Part shown: positions 9,606 to 20,477 of the stretch, in pieces
How the letters are laid out: every line of letters begins with the position of its first letter
Position numbering within the stretch: position 1 is the stretch's first letter
NCBI GenBank assembly: GCA_963514005.1
Contig: OY740790.1
Span: 45,570,001 to 45,634,000 of the forward strand
Reading direction: 5' to 3'
DNA from: Raja brachyura
Taxonomy: Eukaryota
Length of the DNA stretch: 64,000 bases
Notes under the pieces: generated by a model
The model's input: the letters and a program-made list of their open reading frames with translations, nothing else
Told to the model about the DNA's origin: nothing
The model's database searches: none
Position numbers and translations under genes: made by a program

Positions 9606-11849
9606 TACTATTGCCCTTGTCCTACTGAGATTGGTCCACAATGGGCTTTGAGTTCCAGTTTACACTGTTATAGACAAAGTTGGCCAATACGTTAGTAATC
9701 ATATCACTGGGTGGCTGCCTGTCACCAAAAAAAAGATTGGGAGTGCTGACGAGGAAGTGCCCAGCCTAATTTCATAATTGATGAAAACCTTTGCAATAAA
9801 ACCAGTTACATGATATGGGTGGGGGCAATGTGATCCAATTTTCAGGCATTTATCCTTCTAAGACTTGCTAACCAGTTAAAAGGTCTCTTATTACATGGTA
9901 TAGTTTGTCTTTCTGTACATATATACAACCTATTGAAATAATATATGGGTTTCTTAAATGATCTATGTATAGTCCTTATGAAAGGCAGCTTTGAAAAGAC
10001 TGTTTAGTCACAGCTAGATGCATCTTGCCTGCAGCGTTAAAATGAGTCTACAAATCCTTCTATCTGCAGCTTTTCTTGGTTCTGCAGGAATGGGGGATGG
10101 GTTTTTCTACATTATTCAATGCCATTCTGTGCAGCGTCTACCACTCTCAACAATCAACGAATGTCGTGAAATGCTCCCCACCTACTGGCACAAGGGACTT
10201 CTTAACACCTTGTCCTGTGTATTTGATTCTGAATGGCATTCTGTGCAGGGGCAGGTTATAAACCAGATGATACAGGGGTTTTATTATATGCTCAACCCTT
10301 ACCCTCCCCCTATTAATGCACACTCACCAGCCACCATCATCACTCCTTCTGCCTTCATGGTATTTTGTGTCAGTAATAAAATGGAAGTATCTAATGAGCC
10401 TGACTTGTGGCTGTTCAATTTCAAACTTTACAACAAGAAAAGAAAAGAGAGGGAGGAGAAGGAAAAAAGAGATGACACATGAACAATCTTAGCTTCTCAC
10501 AGTGCCATAACAGGGCTCCGAATTTTGGTGAGTTTCTTCCCACAATCCTGGCAATCACAATGGAATGTGTAGGAATCCTACAATTTAATTGTAAAGTATA
10601 AAAATCGCAATATTAATGGAAGAAATAAGGATAAATGTTGAGATAATACCTATTGTTATGACCATAATTTAACATTTCTCTTGCTAATACTTTTAAATAA
10701 ATGCATGCAATTATCTCTTACTGTATTCTCTGTAGTTACTGTTTGTACACACTTTTTCTTGCATTTTGTCGATATGCATTTTTTTTTCTTCTCAGATTCT
10801 TGGTTAATTTGTAGAACTATTCCAGAGCATTCTATTAAAGGAGCAAAAAAGAATAGAACTGATGAAGGAGTGAAATAATGAATTAAAATATATATTTAAA
10901 AAGTAACGTACAATCAAATAACTGAACGCATGGAATTGAAACTAAGTGATAAAGAATTTGTAATCTTTAAATAAACATGCCATTCAAATGTTTCATGAAA
11001 TAAAAGGAGTTGGCTCATACTCATTGTAAAAGAGTTTGCCAATCCTTTGTGGTCTGGTGTTGCGACAAATTTGAAAAGGTGATGCCTTTTTTGTCCTTTC
11101 AATCTTCTTCTTCTTTATGGCAGCACTTCTGCTTACTGTGACCCAGTCAACCAAGAAAGGCTCCTCAGAGCAAAGCTGACAAAGGCTGAGAAAGAGATAC
11201 AACCCCCATTTACCCAGTCTGAACTTTGGCACAAGGTGGTTTTTGTTTAATCAATCGTGACACCTTCTCAAAATCACTTACCAAGCACCTGCTGAATGGG
11301 AAAAAAACCTCATTGGAATTTTTGACAAAATGCCAGCAATATATTGTAGTATCTGACATTTTTGTTCACAATGCACAAGCAACAATCCAGTATTTTTTGG
11401 ATAAATTAGATCAATTTGTTGGTCCTCAGAATTCTTTTTAGTTTCCATAGGCCATTATGATGCTGAACATTGACAATGCACACTATCCAGTAGAGTTAAG
11501 ATTTGTAACCAGTTAATAAGAGATATTCTGGGGAATTCAGAAACATTGCCGAATAATAATCTACCAGTCTGAGAGGTAAACAATACTGTCAGTTTCTAAG
11601 CACAGAGTAAGTTCTCTTTACATCCTCACAAGTGACTGCCCAATGCTGAAGGTATATTTTCAGGTTAATTATACACTCTAATTAACAATGCACCAAGTTC
11701 AACAGGACTGGACAGAAATAAACAGTCTGCACAGCGGTTAGAGCCAATTGATTCATAAAACAACTTTTATTATTGAGCAATATAAAAAAAACCTCGCACA
11801 CATTCTTAATTAGCTTCAAATTTTAATCATAACAAAATGATTTGGATGC

Positions 11850-11982
11850 GAGAAACAAGGAACTGCAGATGCTCGTTTACAAAAAAAGAAGACATAAAGT
11901 GTTGGAGTAACTCAGCTGGTTAGGCAATATCCCTGGAAAACATGTATTAGATGACATTTCGGGTTGGGACCCCCTCTGACTG
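11850..11982 (-). mobile_element. Penelope-derived short repeat (degenerate hammerhead motif)
   Basis: ggaactgcagatgct...ggagtaactcag...gacatttcgggttgggaccc matches the family. Confidence 0.65.
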
Positions 11983-12775
11983 ACTAAATGAGTTGGAAGG
12001 GGGGGGAAGGGTGGTTGGAAGAAATCTAAAAGATAGCTAGAAGAGATTTGGAAGCTGTTGCTAGTCATCATCTACATTAGAATAGATTACAGGATTTTGT
12101 TGCCCCATTCTCCATGCCAACTCCGAAATATGGTCCAGGTATATTAAGTTTAACTGTCCTAATTTGAGTTATAAAATGTGCAATATGTTGCAACAGTTTA
12201 TGTGCCATTATTAGCTTAGTTAATATCTAGAGTTGTTGACTGATAATGAAAACTGGCTTGATTAAGGACTGCTTCAATAAAAACCCTGCCCTACTGGATA
12301 TATAATCCCATTGATTTGCTGGAAGGTAGGTTAATTAGCTGCTATAAATTATCTGAGTGTTTGTTGGTGGCAAGAGAGTCATGGTGAAGTTGATAATATC
12401 TGAGAGAGAATTGGAGGAATGAAGCAGGTGGGATTAATCTGAGTTCCGCCATAAAGAGCTGAATGGCCTCTTGCTAACATGTAAGAAAATATATGCCTAA
12501 ATATAACAGGGGTTGGAATTGGCGATGGTATGGCATATTCCCACAACACCATCCAGTCTCGTTGTTGAAAATAAGAATCTGTTAAATCTCAGATTTCAGG
12601 CTCAGGAATGGAAGATGATCTTGGGTGAACTCTGGGAAAGCAGGTTGTCTTGCATGGAATTCTTAACAGAGCAAGGTCAATTAACCTACCAACCCACGCA
12701 TCAATGGAATCACACACTTGTGCATACACACACGCGTACACATGTACATACACACATGGCAGTAAAGATCAGAGT

Positions 12776-13008
12776 AGAAACATGGAACTGTGGATGCTGG
12801 TTTACAAAAAAAAACCAAAAGTGCTTGAATAGCTCAATGAGTTCGGCAGCAACTCTGGAAAAAATAGATAAGTGATGTTTTGGGTTGGAACCCTTCTTCA
12901 GACAGGAAAAACTGAAAGGTCACAACCCAAAAGGTCACCTATCCATGATCTCCAGAGATGCTGCCTGATCCAATTAGTTACTCCAGCACTTTCGGGTTTT
13001 TTTTTGCA
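12776..13008. mobile_element. Inverted pair of Penelope-derived hammerhead-type repeats
   Basis: Minus copy at 12776-12903 and plus copy at 12912-13008 face each other across about 8 bp. Confidence 0.7.
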
Positions 13009-13552
13009 GAAAATATCAATGGTACAAATTTAATATCCACACTGTGATTCTGTATGCAGTGGGACTAGATTAATTAGCAAGATTATTAGAATGTAGAAAC
13101 TTTGGTTGTTTATTTTTCCATCTTCATTACAAATGTAACACCTTTCCTGCCCTTGCTGCATCTAGTTCTCAGCATGGATTAATCCTAGAACCTTCAGTTT
13201 TGCATGGGTAATTACTTGTTTAAGCATATATTTGCTAATTCTACTTTCGAATTCCTTTGGCAGGATTTTAGAATGACGCTGAACTTAGTACCTACAGTAT
13301 CTTGAACATCAGCATTCTCAGTTCATGCTGATTTATTTATGTCATTTTCCCGGTCTTTTTCCAACGTAAGAGAAATAAGAAAACTAAAGGGCCTTGGTTT
13401 AAATTGAGAGGGGAAAAATCTTTACACAGGTGAATATGAAACGAGGTACCAGAGAGAGTGGTTGATGCAGGTATAATAACAACATTGTTGTGTTCTTATT
13501 GTACAATAGAGACATTTGAACAAGTACACGGATAGGAAAGGTTTAGAGGATA

Positions 13553-16292
13553 CTAGACCAGGTGCGGACCCATTGGGCTTGTCCCCCAAGGCAATATTCC
13601 ACCACTGACCATAGCCCCCAACTGGGCAGGTGCAGCTAAGGGGCTCCCATTGTGACGCCAGAAAATCCCCGTTGTGACAAGAGTCACGGCAACCCTCCAT
13701 TAACTGCACCTCACCATCCCTTCCTACCCCTATCTTCCTCCATTCCCCCTCTTCCCAGCACTCCCTCCCCCTCCTCTTCACCTTCCCTCTTCTTTGCCCC
13801 CTCCTCCTCCCCTCCCCCACTCTCCCTCGCCTCTCCTTCCCTCTCCTTTTCCCTACCCTCAGTCACTCCCTCCCCCCTCCATAACCCCTCTCCCTTCCCT
13901 ATCCCCTCTTCTCCCTCTGTCTCCCTGCTCCCCGCTCCTCCCCTTCCCCTATCCCACTCCCCCACTCCCCCTCCTCCCCTCCCCCACTGCCCTCCTCTCC
14001 CTCTATCCCCCACTCCCTACCTGCCCTCCCCCTCCTCTCACTCTATCCCCACTCCTCCCCCACTCTCCCTCCTCACTTCCCCCACTTTCCCCTCCCTCTC
14101 CCCTCTCTACCCCTTCCTCTCCCTCTCCCCTCTCTACCCCTTCCTCTCCCTCTATCCCCCTGCTACCCCACTCCTCACCTCCCCCAATCCCACCCCTCCA
14201 CAATGAAAATTGCAAAGTTTTATTTTAAATGAAACCTTCCCCCTATCCCACCCTCCCGCAATGAAAATCACAATGTTTTTTGAAAATGAAACCTCCCCCT
14301 ATCCCACCCCTCCCCACAATGAAATGTTTTAAATTTAAAATTACCTGAACACAATGTTAACTGTTAATGAAAACAGAATAATTTGACTAAAACAGAGGTT
14401 TTTTTGAAAATCTTGATTTTTTTAAATGTAAATGACATTTGGGATCCCATTGTGACATAATTGTGAAGTCGACAAATGCGGCTGACAGGCAGGGCAAGTG
14501 GAAAAGTGGTTTGAAAAGTGTTTTTGTAAAGTTTAAAATGACAATAAATTGTAAATTAATACATCAATCCGAACATAACTTGTTTATTTTACATCCCAGG
14601 ACAATGGTGAGTAAATTGGGCCAAAATTTGTAGCGCTATTGTGTACCATTTTGGCAGGGTTTAGAATATCACGCACACACACGCATGCGTGCAAACAAAC
14701 AAGATGAGAGTTTTAGTAATACACAAGACCAAGTGGGACCCGTTGGATCCCTGTCACATGGGAGGCCTGGTCCCCCAATGCAACCCGTTCCCCAACGCAA
14801 TGTTGCACCACTAACCCGTAGCCCCCACGTGAGGCAAGGTCCCCCAACTCAACCTGTTGCCGACCGTAAGATTCTAACAATCTAACAAATGCCTCCCCCA
14901 GCACAGGACTTAAGAAGAAATGCAATTGCACTTCCCCAATTGCAATACCAATTCACTCTCCCCCTCCTGTCATGCCAGGAGCTGGAGTAAGTGTTGTATG
15001 ATGGCAACATTGTTGCAAATGTCAGGTGGAGGACTGTGATATCCCATTCAGGTGAAAAGTTGGTGTCAGCACAGAGTGTTCCTGTGTTGCAACTTTGTAT
15101 CATAGTTTGATGAAAGCTGGCAGGAAGGATTTTAACAGTAAGAATCTTGTTAAAGTTGGCTTTTTTAAAGCTTTAAATATCAATAATGTGAAATATAACA
15201 TCAAATGTGAATAAACTTTATACGAACGACCATTGGGAAAAGCCCTGTAACATTCTGCAAAAATGTTTGCACTATTGTGAACCGTTTTGGCATAGGTCCT
15301 GAGATGACAGACAGACAAACAAGTCGAGATTTTTAATAGTATATGGATACTAGATCAAGTGGGACCCATTGGGCCCAGTTGGGCCCCGTTACCCCAACGC
15401 AATATTCCACCACTCACCTGTTCCCCCAACGCCACCCGTTCCCCATATGCAATATTCCACCATTCACCCATAGCCCCCAACTGCACAGGCACGGCTCATT
15501 TCCCCACAACCCCCAGCAATCCCTCCCCCTCCTCTTCACCATCCCTCTTCTTTACCCACTCCTCCTGCCCTTCCCAACTCCCTCCCTCTCCTTTCCCCTA
15601 CCCTCAGTCACTCCCTCCCTCCCTCCATATTCACTCTTCCCTCCCTACCCTCCTCCTCTATTTCTCTGCTCCACAACTCCTCACATCTCCCCATCTCACT
15701 CCCTCACCAAATACAATGTTTAAATAACATTTCACCTTGTCCCATCCCCCACTCCCCCCCCCCTCACCCTACAACAATGTAACACATTTCTCAAAGCACT
15801 GGGAGTCCTGTCATTTGTTAACATTGTAACAGGCAGGGCAAGTTTTAAAGTGAAAAGTTAGATTTTTTGAAGTGAAAAGTGAATTTTTTAAAGTTTAAAT
15901 GTGAATAACTTGTAAAATATAACATCAATCTGAATGGACCGGAGATTTTTCTTTTATGTAAATGGGATCTCATTGTAATTACATTGTGTGGTGGAACACT
16001 GCTGATGGGCAGTTTATGTAAATTAAATCCCATTGTGACATCATATGCTGCAAACTGCCAGTGGAACACTGCTGACAGGCAGTTTATGTAAAGGAGATCC
16101 CATTGTAACATTATACACTGCTAATTGCCAGTGCAAGGTCAAGTGATTTTTGTCCAACTGGATTTTTAAATTTTTAAATGTGATAACGTAAAATATACCA
16201 TCAATCTGAATGAAACTTGATACACCACACCCCAGGACAATGGTGAGTAAGGTGGGTAAACTTGTAGCACTGTCATGTACCATTTTGGCGTA
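13553..16292 (-). mobile_element. Tandem array of three non-autonomous Helitron-like elements (about 13553-14723, 14724-15347, 15350 to gap) inserted in a CR1 tail
   Basis: Each unit starts on + with CTAG/CAAG-AyCArGTG and a GGACCC-RTT-GG(G/A) hairpin; the two complete units end with (ACAA/ACAG)n...TTTTAGTAAT-like sequence. The host CR1 breaks at 13552 and resumes after the gap (16440-16540). Confidence 0.75.
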
Positions 16293-16433
16293 NNNNNNNN
16301 NNNNNNNNNNNNNNNNNNNNNNNNNNNNNNNNNNNNNNNNNNNNNNNNNNNNNNNNNNNNNNNNNNNNNNNNNNNNNNNNNNNNNNNNNNNNNNNNNNNN
16401 NNNNNNNNNNNNNNNNNNNNNNNNNNNNNNNNN
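16293..16433. other. Assembly gap (141 N)
   Basis: Run of n characters. Confidence 1.
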
Positions 16434-19420
16434 CAAATGATACCAGCTTTGATGGGGTTTCTAGATGGGTTTCTTTGTCGGCATGGACAAGTTGGGCTGT
16501 AGGCCATGTTTCCATGCTGCATTACTTTATGGGTCCATGACTGTAGAATTAAGTAAGTAAGGCCATGTAGCCTAAGATATCGCTTAGGTTAATAATAATG
16601 CAGAATTTGCCTAGCAGCAGAAAGAAATAGGTTGACATTCACACAGCCTGTGAAATTCTAGGGGTGAGAATTATTGTGAGGGAAAGATGTGATGAAAAGT
16701 GGTATATAAGTGGAACAAAGGGGAAATATTGTGACCTGTCAGAATTATTCTAATATTGCAGCTGGCTCTGTTAAGAATAGAATGAAGCCGTATATTATAA
16801 TTTTCTTTCTTTGCTTCACGAAATTTAATTCATTCTTTACACTGGAGGTAGGACAGTGCTTGCAGCTGATAATAGCTTGGAATAAGAATGACTTGCTTAA
16901 AATGATTGGCAGACTGTTGCAGCAGGCAAGAGCAGGTCACATTGCAGTTGAGCATGACATCACCATTTTGGTTGAAGCTGCTGCTGCTAAGCTAAGTATG
17001 CAGTAGCTAGAACTAGGGATTTCCATAACTCACAGAGGTAATTCAGGCTAATGTGATGAATACATTATTGATCCCAATTATTAACCCAAAATAGTACATC
17101 ATTTTTGCATCCTGATAATCACATAAAACTACTTTTCATAATTGTCTTGCAGAATACTTTAGTATTATTAAAAATTAACTTTAACAAATAATACAAAAAT
17201 GTAAACTTATTGCCAGAAAATACCTATGATTTTTGTATTATCATTTTCTGTTCCAAAACTAAGTCCCAATTAGCTATATCAATGCTTAAAATTGTTTTAC
17301 ATTATATTTGTGCCAATTTACTTCCTCATTAGTCCTGTGCTTGCAGACCTGTTACGCTGCTACAAGTAAGAATTCCCATATCATTCCACTCTTGGTACAT
17401 CTGACAATTAAACACGCTTGACATATGAATAATTCGAAGTAGGACACTGTTGCTCAATTGACCTTCACCAGAGGTTTGTATTACTGAAAAATATGAGGTC
17501 CAGGACAAGATGCATAGTTACATGTTGATTCTTTTTTAAACACAATTTTAAATATTGAGATGTCACATTGTTTATCTAAGAAGACCAATTTTATCTGAAT
17601 GTATAATTGTCCAAGATTGTCTCATGACACAGTAAAATGTCTAGGGAAAACGTGAGATGCATTTTAATTTTAAGCTAGCCAATAGACCTAAAGATCCTTC
17701 AGGAATAGTTGTACTATTAAGGTAACTTTGCCAGTAGGATTTAAAAAGGTTGAGAATTGTAACTTCTCAATTCACTGACGAGATGTTTGAAGAATTTAAG
17801 CAGTTCAAAGGAAAGTTGCTGGAAATCCATGATCTGCCATTTTTTCCAATTTGTATCATGCCCAATTTCCCACTGTCTCAAAAGAAACATTCGTAGATTA
17901 TAGATTTCCCCCCTAATATCATCCTTGGGACTCAAGATCATGGATCTTTTGAGCTGCAGTGGTGAAAAGCCAACGATCATATACCCCACCTAGTGGATGG
18001 TCTGAGAAATATCATATTTTCATTTGTTATTAACTATCTCAGCACCCAATTGGGTTAAGAATGAAACCGCAGAATCTTCTTCACACTTGGAGGAAAATGT
18101 AATCCCATTTAAGCATCTTTTTCTCCACTTTGAGCTTAAACAAGAGTTTGGTTGAGAATCATTGAGGTATTATTAAGGATGATCATATCCACAGTTGAAA
18201 GCAAAAATACTAATCTGTTATGCACAATGAGTTCAATCTGAAGTTTGAAATCACTATTGCTTTATAAAAATATGCAGTGAGTAAATGATTTGTTGAATTC
18301 AAAAACTGGATATTTATTTTACCTTTGCCTCAATAGAAGGTTATATGCTTTGACAATGCTGAACATCATACAGAGTGCTCTTATACAGACTGGTTATGAT
18401 ATGTTGGCCTGCTGAATGCTCGTAAGATTAATAACCAACGTTTTCCCTTTGTATGGAACTGATAGCAGTTACTGACAAAATGGCTTCTGTGAAAATGAAC
18501 CAATTCCCCATTTCATTAGCTTGCAATCAACGGTTAAAAGTTTTTGCTTAAGTGTAGCTGTTTTGTAAATTTTATTTATTGATGTGAATTTCAGTGACTG
18601 TACAAGGCAAAGAATGAACAATGTGAATCTAAATGTAGATTAATATTATATTAGAGGCATTTTGTTAAAGGAAGGATCAAGTCATTAAAACTGTGATTAC
18701 CATTGTGGTATTCTGTCTGCATATACTTGACTGCACTCTTTTTTTTACAAAGTTAGAGAAAGCTAAACAATAGTAAAATGCTGTTCTCAGATATAACTGT
18801 TTAAATATTATAAATATTTGAAGTTAATCAAGAATCTGCAGTGATAGTATTTATTATTTTAGCATTTTCAAAAAATGTATTGGGAAACCTCTCTGTTTTA
18901 TTGGTAGCCTACGAATTGTTCGACACTTGGCAAAGTAGTGAATTACATTTAAAATATCTTGTATCCAAGAATGACATCATCTGCACCAGTATTTTTATGG
19001 GTGATAGCTTAGAAAGTATCCAGGTCGACAGTAAATTGTTTACTGTGGTGTGGCGTTGCTTTAAAAGTAAATTGTCAAGAATGATTTAAATGTTCTTGTC
19101 TAGCAGGCGAAAGAGTTAACAGTGGTTGGGTTCACTGGGGAATTAAGGGCTGCATATATTCGCATTCCAATCCTGTCTTCCTTAGCTTTGCAAGCAGTTA
19201 GAATTTTCGGTGCCTGAGCGATCTGTAACATAGGTTATTGATTTCTGGTCATATGGTTTGGGTAATTGTCTCCAAAATGCGTATCCTTACAGCTTTCACA
19301 CAATGGCAGGAAGCACTGTTCAATGAATAGCAAAGGGGGAAATTGGTGGATGGGTGAGGGTGATTTCAGTTTGCTTATCACTCAGATTTTCAGCCATCTG
19401 TTGGTCCCCCCTTGCAGCTA

Positions 19421-19516
19421 AGAAGAGAAAGAGAGGGAGGGAGAGAAAGAAAACAAGAGAGGGAAAGAGAGGGAGAGAGAGAGAGAGAGAGAGAAAAATA
19501 GAGCGAGAAAGAGAGA
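19421..19516. repeat. GA-rich polypurine microsatellite immediately upstream of the PIK3R3 promoter
   Basis: agaagagaaagagagggagggagagaaag...(ga)n read directly. Confidence 0.9.
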
Positions 19517-19519
19517 TCT

Positions 19520-19820
19520 CAGTTGCTCTATTTCAAATCAGCCTTTCCTTTGTCCCTCTTAGTAACTGTGGAGCCAATCAGCCAGCGGCTGGGCAGGCAG
19601 CTGGGAGTGGGTTGGCTGAGGCTGTGGCACGGTGCGCTCCAGCAGCCTGTGAGAGAGCAGACAAAGGCCGAGCTTGGCAGCAGTTGCGGTGATCTTGTTC
19701 CCATTCGCTGTGCAGCGCGGAGCTTGCGTGCGGCGCAGCACCAGCACCAGCCCCTGGCGAGGAGGCGACCCGGCATTGGGCCGTACCACTGAGGGGAGAG
19801 CCGGAGGGGGGGGGGGAGCA
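19520..19820 (+). promoter_or_regulatory. PIK3R3: Probable PIK3R3 core promoter / CpG-rich start of exon 1
   Basis: Consensus NF-Y box AGCCAATCAG (CCAAT at 19574-19578) followed by a non-repeat GC/CpG-rich segment about 550-800 bp upstream of the start codon. The TSS cannot be placed from sequence alone. Confidence 0.65.
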
Positions 19821-20371
19821 AATGACAAGGCAGGAAGCTTAACTACATGTGCTTTATCTGCATGTAAACATTTCGCTTTTGCATTCAAAGGGGAGCACTG
19901 ACGAGCCCAGAGATTAAAGCCATGGCTGGAATGCACCTTTTGCATTGATTGAGTTGCAAAGGAGCTACTGGTGACTTTTGCCTTTACAGACAGTTTTAAT
20001 TTGCAGCCCAGAGCTGGTTTTGACCCCCCCCCCTTGCATGCAGTGGCACTGCCTTGTGATGTCAAAGGTTACTGGTCAGCCCCCCTTCAGCTCTTAAAAT
20101 GAAGGCTAGCCTCTTGCTTCAAGGAAGTCCAGAATCGTAGAGCTGGTTTCTACATTCATCCCATGACTGTTAAACTATTCTCGTCCAATCCCCCTCATTT
20201 GAATCACGAGCATTTAAAGTCAGCAAGAAATAACAGCAACAACAAAAAAAAAATCAAACATAGGGGTTTCTTTGAAGAGCACATCTGAAGCAGGCTTTCA
20301 GAAATATTGTAAAGTGGAAGCTGTATGATAGCATTTTATATAAAAGAGTAAATATTAATACTGCGTAGACA

Positions 20372-20477
20372 ATGTACAACACAGTTTGGAATATGGACAA
20401 ATCTGATGCAGACTGGAGAGAAGTGATGATGCCCTATTCAACAGAGTTAATATTCTACATTGAAATGGATCCTCCAG
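20372..20477 (+). CDS. PIK3R3: PIK3R3 coding exon 1 (p55gamma N-terminal peptide)
   Basis: [35 protein letters not shown]; donor CAG|gtaaca, phase 1. Confidence 0.96.

Noticed and set aside
10018-10482. 154-aa ORF upstream of the candidate exon
   Set aside because: No recognisable domain, it ends in a GA-repeat translation, and it is in a different frame from the splice-compatible ATG at 10479.
13422-14228. Long Pro/Ser-rich and Gly/Glu-rich ORFs (up to 184 aa)
   Set aside because: A low-complexity CT tract that lacks stop codons by composition; not a gene.
15820-16140. Regularly spaced repeats (ccattgtgacat/gaacactgctga) superficially like a CRISPR array
   Set aside because: Eukaryotic context, the spacers are themselves repeated, and there are no cas genes; it is a Helitron-internal minisatellite.
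19037-19870. FOXO-type motifs TGTTTAC (19037) and GTAAACA (19864) suggesting PI3K feedback
   Set aside because: These AT-rich 7-mers are common at this base composition; there is no clustering evidence.
19354-20065. Several ORFs over the promoter and CpG region
   Set aside because: Expected in GC-rich and GA-repeat DNA; no homology recognised.
2050-20371. SH3/RhoGAP (p85-like) upstream exons of a long PIK3R3 isoform
   Set aside because: I found no peptide resembling SH3 or BH domains; such exons could lie outside the window or be missed by eye.
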